Shown piece by piece: positions 1 through 9,981 of a DNA stretch of 12,957 nt. The position numbers were made by a program, and so were the translations under genes. The DNA lies in contig NW_021826451.1 in assembly GCF_006345805.1 (NCBI RefSeq), positions 1 through 12,957 on the forward strand, given 5' to 3'. This DNA comes from Octopus sinensis. Lineage: Eukaryota. The notes under the pieces are model-generated. The model did not search any database and had not been told where the DNA came from. It saw nothing but the letters and a program-made list of their open reading frames with translations. The first letter of the stretch is position 1, and the number at the start of each line of letters is the position of its first letter.

Positions 1-258
1 GATTTTTTCCGGATGATAAGCTAATTACCTTTTAATTATTGAAACAAGACTACTTCATGAAACATACCATCCCAAAGATAGGTTTTTAATTAAATTTTGT
101 AATAAAACAGTTTATATCAAAGAAAAATAATTAGTTAAGACTTGTTTATTATTCTATTGCTAAACAAAAGATAGAATAGAGACGGTTAAATGTTCGCTTT
201 TTTCGACCGAAGTCACAAACAATACATTTTTATTCAGCCACTGCATTCATATTTAACA

Positions 259-652
<394 letters not shown>

Positions 653-1320
653 AATAAAATATTAGGGAATAAATCCAAACTTACAGGGAAAAATCAGATT
701 TAGGATTAAATCCAATTTTATAGTATAAATATATTATATTATGTTATATTAAATTACAGATAAAACCACTATTAGGCAAATCAAATAATGAAAAACATAA
801 GCCAATATACAAAATTAATTAATTTATATTATTTTAAATATATATCAAAAGTATTAAAAGTTTAATAAAAGATAAAGAGTAAAACACTACGATCGTTTCA
901 TGGCTGTACAATTCGTAATAATTCGAGTTATGGTTACAGTCAATCTTCAGGCTAATTGAAATATCTAAAATATAATCAGAAATATTTAAACAATATTTTT
1001 AAGATATAAATAATATAATATTTTACTTATAATAAACTCTATTATCAAACTAGAAACATAAAACTTAACAATTATGATTATATCAAAATCGACTATAATG
1101 TTAATATTAATTTTAATTTATAAGGTAGGAAACCCACCAATAATCTAATATCGGTATTAGTCTATATCTAATTACATAAATATTTAAAAATGACTAATAT
1201 ATATAAATTATCAATGAAAATATATAAATGTATATAAATATTAAAATCTAAAATAATCTGTATAAATAAATATATATGCACATATAATAAAAACCTAATA
1301 AATTAATTTTTCATATTTAA
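653..1320 (-). mobile_element. AT-rich interspersed repeat carrying a minimal hammerhead (Penelope-like non-autonomous element); boundaries approximate
   Basis: 748-825 recurs at 3531-3610 (gataaaaccactattaggcaaatcaaa..tgaaaaacataa). Contains a hammerhead core on the minus strand. Confidence 0.5.
885..953 (-). ncRNA. Minimal type I hammerhead ribozyme motif (degenerate)
   Basis: Minus strand reads CTGAAGA - t TGACTGTA...TACAGCCA t (stem II, 7/8 pairs) - GAAA. Palindromic stem III ACGATCGT, GUA cleavage triplet (cut 888/887), weak stem I. Confidence 0.6.
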
Positions 1321-1324
1321 AGAT

Positions 1325-1388
1325 ATATATGTACACACACACACACACACACAACACTTATATATATATATTATATATATATATATAT

Positions 1389-1441
<53 letters not shown>

Positions 1442-1454
1442 GTACATATGTATA
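1325..1454. repeat. (CA)n/(TA)n microsatellite
   Basis: Seen directly. Confidence 0.95.
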
Positions 1455-1616
1455 TGTGCGTTAAATAGAAAAGTGGCGACGAGTGACAATTCTGCAAATA
1501 ATAATGAATATATTTATAAGCTTAAAAAGCTTATGGACGATCACCGTGTATCGATTAAAGAAAATAGTCTAATTCTGGGGCATATAAGACCACGACGGAT
1601 AAAAGTAAGTTTTTTT

Positions 1617-1688
1617 CCGTACGCATGGGACTCGAACCCACACCTCTTATATTTGCGATAAATGTGCTACCCATTGCATCAATGTACG
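1617..1688 (-). pseudogene. tRNA-like cloverleaf (tRNA pseudogene or tRNA-derived repeat module)
   Basis: Minus strand: acceptor CGTACAT/GCGTACG, D arm ATGC-AATGGGTA-GCAC, anticodon arm TTTAT-CGCAAAT-ATAAG, T arm GTGGG-TTCGAGT-CCCAT with an intact B box. G at position 33 and a CAA anticodon with a short variable loop argue against a functional tRNA. Confidence 0.7.
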
Positions 1689-1769
1689 AGTAAGTGGTCA
1701 AACGAAAGAAAAGGGCACTCAGCATATTTAGTAGGAGTTACATATATTAAATATAGCAGGGGCAGTCCA

Positions 1770-2750
1770 TTTCAGGTTTGGGGTGAGACTACGGCCATGC
1801 TGCAGCACAGTCTTAAAGGGTCTAGTCGAACAATTCGTCCCCAGTACCTATTTTTCAAAGCCTGGTAATTTTGTTCTCGTCCATTTGGTCGAACCTCAGA
1901 GATAAGAAGTCGTGGATCTTTTCCTTTTGAACGGCAGTTTGTAACATAATTTCTAGGTAACTAAAAAGTTTTAAACTTCGTATACTGGTAGAATGTGTTT
2001 ATAAAACATCATTTCCTCTTGGTTTTATTGAGAAAATTCTATAGTTTGTAAGATATTTCGTCTGAAAATCCGAGCATTTCGGCAATTTTAACCAATCGAT
2101 TACCTCCATTCAACTAAAAGCTTTTGCTGCGTCTAAAACTGAGACAACATCCTGTAACTAACCCTAAACCTCACCCTAATTTTTTTTCTTAATTGTTAAA
2201 TTAATTTAATTGTTACGCGTGTAAAAAAAATGGAAGGCTAAAACGAAATAATTCTATAATTTTATACACACGCTTTCCGTATACGTACGGAAAGCGTGTG
2301 TATAAAATTATAGAATTATTTTGTTTGTTAATTGTTTAAATTATTTTTCATTGGTTTAGTTTTTTTTACACACGTAGCAATTAAATTAATTTAACAATTA
2401 AGAAAAAAAAATTTGGGTGAGGGTTAGGGGGGAGGTTTAGGGTTAGTTACAGGATGTTGTCTCAGTTTTAGACGCAGCAAATGATTTTAGCTCAAAAGAG
2501 AGCATAGGATTGGTTAAAATTCGAAAAATTAAACTACGTTAAACAAACAAATTACAATTTTCTCAAGAAAGCCAAGAGAAAAAAATGTTTTATTTTGACA
2601 CATTCTAACAGTATACGAAGTTTAAAAGTGTTTAGTTAACTAGAAATTGTCTGCCGTTCAAAAGGAAAAGATCCGAAGTCGTAAACAAACCAACAACGGT
2701 TGTCAGGTTTTGGTTGAGGACAAACACCAACATAAAACCACACACACATA
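1770..2750 (-). mobile_element. Diverged 3' half of SINE family A, split by the MITE (pieces ~1770-1913 and ~2675-2750)
   Basis: ggccatgctgcagcac..tagtcgaacaattcg..aagcctggta..gaacc and gtaaacaaaccaacaacggttgtcagg..ggacaaacac align with the copies at 4109-4300 and 11911-12115. Confidence 0.7.
1914..2674. mobile_element. 761-bp foldback MITE, Merlin-like
   Basis: Termini GGATCTTTTCCTTTTGAACGGCAG / CTGCCGTTCAAAAGGAAAAGATCC. 8-bp TSD GAAGTCGT at 1906-1913 and 2675-2682. Arms are inverted along the whole length. GG termini with an 8-bp TSD fit the Merlin superfamily (inference). Confidence 0.9.
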
Positions 2751-2886
2751 TACTAGATGATTGTATATATGTGTGTTGTGTGTATATTTTTGTCTGTCTG
2801 TCTGTATGTCTCTCACCCCCTCTCTCTCTCTCTATATATATACGTATGTACATATGTATGTATATGTATAAATGTATATATATATA

Positions 2887-3305
2887 GGCGCAGGAGTGGC
2901 TGTGTGGTAAGTAGCTTGCTTACCAACCACATGGTTCTGGGTTCAGTCCCACTGCGTGGCATCTTGGGCAAGTGTCTTCTGCTATAGCCCCGGGCCGACC
3001 AATGCCTTGTGAGTGGATTTGGTAGACGGAAACTGAAAGAAGCCCGTCGTATGTATGTATATATATGTATATGTATGTGTGTGTGTGTGTGTGTGTGTGC
3101 CTGTGTTTGTCCCCCTAGCATTGCTTGACAACCGATGCTGGTGTGTTTACGTCCCCGTCACTTAGCGGTCGGTTCGGCAAAAGAGACCGATAGAATAAGT
3201 ACTGGGCTTACAAAGAATAAGTCCCGGGGTCGATTTGCTCGACTAAAGGCGGTGCTCCAGCATGGCCGCAGTCAATGACTGAAACATGTAAAAGAGTAAA
3301 AGAGA
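2887..3305 (+). mobile_element. Full-length tRNA-derived SINE, family A (octopus-type)
   Basis: A-box-like TGGCTGTGTGG, B-box-like GGTTCAGTCC, internal (TA/TG)n tract, (gtaaaaga)n tail. Three more copies in the window. Confidence 0.9.
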
Positions 3306-3526
3306 GAAAATATGTATTATTTATGTGTATAGATATATATACGGGTTTGTGTGATTGTGTATAGAAGAATATATTAATAAAAGGAATTCCAACCTTGTCT
3401 GATTTTCACGTTTTATTTGCAATCTTATAATGATATAATAAAAGATAATATAATAAAATAAAATAAAATAAAATAATAGAATGTTAAATGTTCATTCATG
3501 CATGTGTATATATATATACATATATA

Positions 3527-3615
3527 TTAAATTAAATTAGGGATAAAACCACTATTAGGCAAATCAAAGAGTGAAAAACATAAACCAAAACATAAAAATA
3601 ATTTATATAATTTAC
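3527..3615. repeat. Fragment of the repeat at 748-825, abutting the exon acceptor
   Basis: Direct sequence match within the window. Confidence 0.75.
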
Positions 3616-3642
3616 AAAATATATAAAATATATTTTTCAGGA

Positions 3643-3973
3643 ATGGAGACAACAATTCAGTACCATTCGATTCTTCTTCTGCTGCCAGCTTTGACACTTT
3701 TGCTTTTCGTGACTCTTGTAACTGCCGGAGAACCAACGAATAGAGAAGGTCTCTTCGAACAAACCACAGCATCAAAATGCTTAATTGATCAGAATAAAAC
3801 AACTGACGACGCGTCATCTCGTTTGGAATGTGCGAGTCTGTGTCTTTCCCGCGATGAGTGCCAATATTTTAGCTATTGTAATGGCCCGTGTTATATGCAT
3901 CGATCGCTTCACAACGAAGAAATTAAAGATCAGGATTGCACATGTTCATCGTATATTTTACTCTCCGGAAACA
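3643..3973 (+). CDS. First coding exon of a secreted PAN/Apple-domain protein (exon 3641-3973, ATG at 3643)
   Basis: Acceptor tttttcag|GA at 3640/3641 and donor ACA|gtatgt at 3973/3974 (phase 1). The translation METTIQYHSILLLLPALTLLLFVTLVTA is a hydrophobic signal peptide, followed by ECASLCLSRDECQYFSY..C (C-x3-C-x5-C-x2-F-x-Y, the PAN/Apple signature). 8 Cys and one NKT sequon. Confidence 0.85.
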
Positions 3974-4108
3974 GTATGTAAATCACAATTTTCTGGCATA
4001 TTTTTTCTAATTTCTGTATATTTTAATCATTATCCCAATTGCTTTACAAACGAATACACACACACACACACACACACATTTATGTATGTATTCTCCCATT
4101 CTATTATT

Positions 4109-4300
4109 TGTTTCAGTCATTTTACTGTGGCCATGCAGGAGCACCGCCTTTACTCGAGCAAATCGATCCCAGGACTTATTGTTTGTAAGCCTAGTACTTA
4201 TTCTATCGGGCTCTTTTGCCGAACTCCTAAGTTACGGGTGACATAAACACAACAGCTTCGGTTGTCGAGTGATGTTAGGGGCACAAACACAAACACACAA

Positions 4301-4331
<31 letters not shown>

Positions 4332-4502
4332 TATATATATATACATATACACGACGGGCTTCTTTCAGTTTCCATCTACCAAGTACACTCACAAGGCTTT
4401 TCTATAGTAGAAAACAATTGCCGAAGGTGCCACGCAGTGGGACTGAACCCGGAACCATGTGGTTTGTAAGCAAGCTACTTACCACACAGCCACTTCTGCG
4501 GC
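4109..4502 (-). mobile_element. Full-length SINE family A, inverted relative to 2887-3305
   Basis: The reverse complement aligns head to tail with 2887-3305, with a small deletion near 4410. Confidence 0.9.
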
Positions 4503-4639
4503 TATGTATGTTTATTATTCAGTTTATTTCAGGATTTCTTGCCGATAGAGAACGAACCGGTTTCTAACCTAAATCCAGGCTCCTTCATTGGAATTGCAAC
4601 ATCAACAACAGGGTATTTTTGTTTGTAAGTAGGTATGTA

Positions 4640-4899
4640 TGTTATGTATCAAATGAATCAGATGATGTTGAAAATGATGTTTTAGATAATACAGAAAAAA
4701 ATAATGCTTCAACTAGCTCTGGATGGAAAAAGTGCACCGATTCTTCTCCATTTGTTTAAGACCAACAATTATTTTAGTTTTTGTGCTTAATTTAATGAAA
4801 ATAAATATAAAAATTTGTTTTATGAAAAAGAGATTATTTCGATTATTGTCCGTTTGTCACACACATTCATGCAACCCTTTTCCGCCGTTTAAGGGTTAA
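4640..4899 (+). mobile_element. Probable piggyBac-derived remnant (right end)
   Basis: Ends ...AAGGG|TTAA (TTAA at 4896-4899). A preceding acidic frame, SNESDDVENDVLDN..SSGWKK, resembles piggyBac N-termini. No left end found. Confidence 0.35.
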
Positions 4900-4939
4900 C
4901 ATCTTGTTTGTATACTTACATTTTTTATTGCTGATTCAG

Positions 4940-5031
4940 GTAAAAGCTGGCAGAAAGTATTTGAGATGACCCTAAACTCATTTAAGAAAAGCCCTATTTA
5001 TTTGTACTGGGAAGACATGCCTATTGAAAAG
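4940..5031 (+). CDS. Coding exon 2 (SKSWQKVFEMTLNSFKKSPIYLYWEDMPIEK)
   Basis: Acceptor ttttttattgctgattcag| and donor AAG|gtaatg. Phase 1 in, phase 0 out, open in the frame required by exon 1. Confidence 0.8.
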
Positions 5032-5189
5032 GTAATGAATTTTTAGAATTTCAAGAATATTCTCATTTAATAACCAATCTACATATTTGTTGCTGTTTTA
5101 CAATAATTACTAGTGTTTTCTTTTAAATGTTTAATTTCAGTTTCTGATGTTTGTTTCATTTTTAAAATCTATCTTTTTGGTTAGCAAGT

Positions 5190-6070
5190 TTCTTTGGCGG
5201 TGTTTCACGATAGAACTAGATCCAGACTAATTTTCCTCCTAAAATTCAATGGAATATTGTGCAGCGTTTTCCTTTTGTGGCAAGTGTGTTGCTATAAAAT
5301 ATACACGACGCATAGAAACCTATTCCTCTCGATTTATTTCTCCTTTTTTTTCTGTTTCTATTTGATCCTTTATTCTCCCTCCGTGATCCGGGATCATGTG
5401 GGCATGCCTTCCCATGCTTTTTCGTTGCAATTCTACTCCAGATCGGGCTGCAAACCCTTTTGATCCTTCGTTACGCTGTCGTACTGTCAAGCGTCTCTCC
5501 GCTTTGTCATCCCTCTTTCTGGATTGTCAGCAAGTCCTTCCCTGCAGTCAGTATTTGAGGAACTTCAACCGTGTTTCGTGGTCTGCTACCACAACAGCTC
5601 CTTTATAGGATCCAGTTAGCTCAAGACATCATCAGGAGGAACCACGTCCGGTTTCAGCCCCTACTCCTCTTTCGAAGGTGTTTTCAGCTCTGGTGTTGGG
5701 TGCATGTCTTCTTCTTTCTTCTTTCTTCTGTTCCCTGGCCTCTTCGATGTATCGTCAGCGAGTGTCAGCGGGCGACTGTCTTGCATTTTGACAGGAAGAG
5801 GTGAAAGGATGAAATTTAGGTCGAAATTTGTGAATATGTAGATGGGGTGGCAAAAATAAGAATGCTTTTCCCTCGAGACGAACTTCAGAATAGGGTATAA
5901 AGTTACACCCCACCAGGGCCTAATGAACATAATGGACATACCAACATGAGTAGCTACCCTGGCCAAAAACTACTATCCCTCTGACATCCACTCCTCACGT
6001 CCATGAAAAATGCTGTTCAAATGTCCCGCTTCTTGACGTGACGTCACTTCCGCTTTACTTCCGGTCCTGA
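5190..6070 (-). mobile_element. Possible decayed 5' region/ORF1 of a non-LTR retrotransposon
   Basis: Abrupt GC rise. The purine-rich minus strand has a stop-riddled charged frame beginning MQDSRPLTLADDTSKRP. No diagnostic motif seen. Confidence 0.3.
6034..6064 (-). promoter_or_regulatory. Overlapping ETS-CRE composite site plus a second ETS site
   Basis: 6038-6053 reverse complement is GCGGAAGTGACGTCAC. Perfect CRE TGACGTCA at 6039-6046, extra half-CRE TGACG at 6034-6038, CCGGAAGT at 6057-6064. Confidence 0.5.
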
Positions 6071-6549
6071 TGTCTCCCTTCATTCCTCCACAGAATATCA
6101 ATGTGACATTGTTGATGGGAGATTGATTCTTGTTGTTTTTATCTTTTGTTTTTGTCCTGGATTTTGTCAGGGTCTTCTACTTCCCACAGATGCAACGAAA
6201 CTTTTTACAAAGACTCCGAAATCCCGACTCATTAGTTATTAATCCGATTCTCTGTCTCATAAATCCAAACTCTTTCTCGCCATCTTAATCTTCCACTTCA
6301 GTCGCTACTTTGTATTTCCTCCTCTCACTTTCACTCCCTCTCTCTCTCTCCTTTCCCTCCGTCTCCTTTTTCACTTCTCTAATCTTTTTCTCTTTTACTC
6401 TGAAACTCTCTCACACTCTTCCTTCACTTTTCTTTATATCTCCTTCTCACCCTCCAACTCTCTTCCTATATCACAACCCAGTCCCCTTTCTCTTACCTCC
6501 CTTACTCTTTTAGATTCTTTACTGATCCGAGTCAACTTTCTGTTTTCAG

Positions 6550-6701
6550 GTGAAATTTTGGGTGAGCGAAACAAACAATCATTTCATGTTTATTTTCAAC
6601 GGCAGAGGGACGACTTCTACATCGTGGTTCCAAAAAGATAATGTCATTTCAACACCATTTCCCGTTGGTGTTCAATCACAAACCTATACGTTCAATAACA
6701 A
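6550..6701 (+). CDS. Coding exon 3 (VKFWVSETNNHFMFIFNGRGTTSTSWFQKDNVISTPFPVGVQSQTYTFNN)
   Basis: Acceptor ctttctgttttcag| and donor AA|gtatgt. Phase 0 in, phase 2 out, no stops. Confidence 0.8.
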
Positions 6702-6835
6702 GTATGTATAAATTATCTTCTTACTCATTATTTACCTCTTTAATGATTTAATGATAATAAAAATAATGATTTCTCTCATAGGTACAGAATCACGTATTTT
6801 AAGGCAAAGGTGAAGTCGATTTTATTACTTTATTA

Positions 6836-8118
6836 TTGGGTTGGCCGTTTTTTAGATTAAATTTTTTTAAAAGGTTTGATAATAAATAACTAATTCATCA
6901 ATATTGTATTCACCCTTATTGTTTACAACTTCTTCCCAACGTTCAGCAATATTTTCAATACCGCGTTGGTAGAAATAACACGACTTCGACTCAAAAAATT
7001 AATCCAACCAAGCTCTCAATTCTGCATCAGTATTGAACGAAACTTCGTACATAGCATTTGAAAGAGATCGAAAGAGGTGGAAATCCGTTGGTGCCAAATG
7101 AGGAGAGTACGGCGTGTTTGGCAGCACTTCCCAGCCATGCGTTTGAATGGCTTCCTTGGTCATATTGGCGATATTAGAGCGGGTGTTGTCATGCAGCAGA
7201 AGAACTCCATGCTGACGATTAGGTCTTTTCTCTTGAATAACCGTGTTGTCGTTCCATCTGTTGAACATAGTGTTCCGCGTTGACCGTTTGGTTCCGTTCA
7301 AGCAATTCGTAATGGATAATCCCTTCCCAGTGCCACCATACGCACAACATTATTTTATGTGGATGAAGATCTTGTTTCACGCGTGGTGTCGCTTGTTTAC
7401 CGGGGCTAAGCCATTCCTTACGCTGTTTCATATTGTTGTACAGGCACCATTTTTCGTCGCCAGTAATGGTTCGGTAAAGAAATCGTTGCTTGTGTCCATG
7501 AGTTGAGCGGTGAGAAGCAAGCAAACCAGCGGAGAACGTGGCTCGTTGATTTTTGTTGTTGTCACTTAAAGCATGCAGAACCCATGCTCCATACTTCTGA
7601 ACCTTTCCCATCGGGTGAAGATGCTTCTCTATAGCAGTGTGAGAGCATCCCATTTTCTCTGCCGGTTCCCTTGTCGTTTGACGAGAATTGTCATGCAAAA
7701 GTTGGTTTAATCGCTCTTCATCGAACTCAACTGGATGGCCAGAACGAGGTGCGTCTTTGAGGTCAAAATTTCCATTTATTGAACTTGGCATATCAATCAC
7801 GAGCGGGTCTTTCAGCTTTGGCAGCCTCTCCATACACAGCACAAATGTCGCGAGCAGCTTTTTCGGCCTTAGAACCTTGATTAAAAGTGAAAAGAAGGAG
7901 GTGTCGAAAATGCTTGTTTTTCTTAACTTGACATTCCATTTTAATGATCTTAAAATAAACAAAAATTAACTAAACTTAACTAGAAAAAAACCTCAGAAAA
8001 CAAAATAGATTCCAAAATGATTCAAAAATAAAATTCTCGAAAAAATAGATTTCAAAATTTAAAAACGCAATAAATTCCAAAATTTAAAAATACGGCGCGA
8101 ACTTAGTTGCCAACCCAA
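6836..8118 (-). mobile_element. Full-length decayed mariner element (mellifera-subfamily-like)
   Basis: TIR ends TTGGGTTGGC (6836) / GCCAACCCAA (8118). TA on the left, GA on the right. The left TIR has an internal deletion. About 1.28 kb. Confidence 0.92.
6890..7939 (-). pseudogene. mariner DD34D transposase pseudogene
   Basis: Starts MECQVKKNKHFRHLLLF..ARDICAVYGE. Motifs DAPRSG, WVLHAL (WVPHEL), ITGDEKW, LLHDN-x33-D (34 residues between the Asps) with PYSPHLAPTDFHLF. Frameshifts and stops split it across ORFs 7219-7962 and 6999-7301. Confidence 0.95.
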
Positions 8119-8257
8119 GACTTGCTGCTATTATTTTACCGACCGTAAAATAATGGAAGGCAGGTATGGCTTTGGTAGAATTTCCATTCAAAATTTTAAG
8201 GGACGAAACTATCGCAAGGTATATTGCTTGGCACTTCACCGGTTCTCACACTCACCC
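8119..8257 (-). mobile_element. Old SINE family B copy split by the mariner (other piece ~6766-6830)
   Basis: Diverged match to 8775-8884. The tail piece ataggtacaga..agtcgattttat lies left of the mariner. Confidence 0.5.
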
Positions 8258-8308
8258 AGTTCATAATTGTAGTACTTGTAGCAGAGGTGGTAGTGGTGGC
8301 GGCGATGA

Positions 8309-8362
<54 letters not shown>

Positions 8363-8383
8363 CAGTAGTAGTAGTAGTAGTAG
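8309..8383. repeat. (TAG)n microsatellite
   Basis: Seen directly. Confidence 0.97.
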
Positions 8384-8582
8384 TCTTATCTAATTTAGGC
8401 ACAAGACCTGCAGTTTGGGGTAAGGGGGGATTGTTTATTGCTTAATTGGTAATTAATTATTTCATCGACCCCCGAAAGGATGAAATTAATCTCGGCGGAA
8501 TTTGAACTCAGAACGTAAAGACGAAGAAATTGTTGCTAAGCATTTTGTTCGGAGTGCTAAGAATTCTGCCAGCTCGCCGCCT
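8384..8582 (-). mobile_element. tRNA-derived SINE family B
   Basis: Minus-strand head GGCGGCGAGCTGGCAGAA, B box GAGTTCAAATTCC, core ttcatcctttcgggggtcgat. Near-duplicate at 8703-8884. Confidence 0.85.
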
Positions 8583-8584
8583 TC

Positions 8585-8609
8585 TAGTAGTAGTAGTAGT
8601 AGTAGTAGT

Positions 8610-8679
<70 letters not shown>

Positions 8680-8702
8680 TGAATGATAATAATAATAATA
8701 AT
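8585..8702. repeat. (TAG)n(TAA)n microsatellite
   Basis: Seen directly; forms the tail side of the next SINE. Confidence 0.97.
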
Positions 8703-8884
8703 ATCTACTGGAGGCATAAGGCCTCAAATTTGAGGGGAAGCAACTAGTCGATTACATCGACCCCAGAATTCAACTGGTACTTATTTCATCGACCCCGAAA
8801 CGATGAAAGGCAAAGTCGACCTTGACGGAATTTGAACTCAGAACGTCAAGGCGGATGAAATGTCGCTAAGCATTTCGCCCGGCG
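8703..8884 (-). mobile_element. SINE family B, slightly 5'-truncated
   Basis: Aligns with 8384-8582. The core gtcgactttgcctttcatcgtttcggggtcgatgaaataagtaccag resembles the Meta/MESC SINE core (from memory). Confidence 0.85.
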
Positions 8885-9877
8885 AGAAAAACTAATTACT
8901 GGTATTTTTTAAGTAAGAAATTAGTCACAACTCAGAGGCCGGAAATATACATTTAAAATCAATACCAATACAAGGTGAAAAGATAACAACCTATTTTTAA
9001 CATACGTACTTTTCCCATCATAAACTTGATTGTATAAAAATGCTTTTTTTACTTAGAAAATGAGGTTGGAAACTGTATCTTTAAGCTGGCCACTTTCTGC
9101 GCTGGATTTACACTCGAAATTAAGCTAATAATCCTTTCCCCGTCAATCCACTTTAATTAATGGCACATATAATTATCGGTCCATCAACTTGCTGTCCCTC
9201 CATTGTATCTCTTCTACCATTATTAAAATGAATTTCTGCCCCATCAAACTGTATAACTGCTGCCCAAAGCCGCTGGGTACATTTACCAGCCCTTTTTTCT
9301 GTCAGCCAATTTGAGTCTCATTCGTATCAGACACGTTTCCTAAAACTTCCATTTTAGAACCACAGTATTCTGAGGCCCCATCTCAAATCCCCATTTCTCA
9401 AAATACACCCGTAGACACAAGCTGGGGTTGCGTAGCAACTGTTTCGTCTTTTAGATCTAAAAACACGGCATTGTTTGGGTAAAAAAAAAATACGTGATTC
9501 TGATGGAATATCATGTTTTCTATAAGAATCTGCGTTTGTTTCCATTCAACACTGTACTATCGATGGTCGATATAGTTCGACATCCATTCTATCTAAGGAA
9601 TAAACAGGACAGATTGTCACGGTTGGAATGACTTTTAACCACAAATCTCCTTGATCAAAGCTGAATTGAAGCTAAATCAATAAGCTCCGGATTACCCAAA
9701 TTACGTTGTTTTTACTTTCTACTTCATGAATAAATTGGTTATGAAACTCTAAAATCAAATATGAAATGATAAACTCGTTGATTTCATTAAACTAAACTGA
9801 TTGCTATAAACACAGTCGTAAAACCTTTCTGTGAAATAATTTGCATTAATTTATGAATTGTAATATATTAGTTTCAG

Positions 9878-9981
9878 TTACCCAGACTTTGACATCATGA
9901 TTTCAACCAACATTCGGATACAAGCCAAAAGACTAAGTGGAAATGACGAAAAGTACGATATTTATTTCAAAACAGATGGTG
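9878..9981 (+). CDS. Coding exon 4 (NYPDFDIMISTNIRIQAKRLSGNDEKYDIYFKTDG)
   Basis: Acceptor gtttcag| and consensus donor G|gtaagt. Phase 2 in matches exon 3, frame open, phase 1 out. Confidence 0.7.

Noticed and set aside
8-55. Hammerhead-like ATGATAA..taatta/taatta..GAAAC on the + strand
   Set aside because: The core does not match CUGANGA, and stems I/III cannot be formed.
1617-1688. Functional tRNA-Leu(CAA)
   Set aside because: G33 instead of U33, no long variable arm, acceptor mismatch, and no downstream oligo-T terminator.
3571-3642. N-terminal extension of ORF 3571-3981
   Set aside because: GTG start inside a repeat fragment, upstream of a splice acceptor. The signal peptide begins at ATG 3643.
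4646-4760. Acidic open frame as an extra exon
   Set aside because: No suitable splice sites, it ends in a stop, and exons 1 and 2 already join in phase.
7219-7962. Intact transposase or SETMAR-like host gene
   Set aside because: Frameshifts, stops, degraded motifs, no SET domain, and bounded by TIRs.
8890-9560. Moderately complex intronic sequence with recurring ccatcaa motifs
   Set aside because: No ORF, termini, periodicity or fold I can support.
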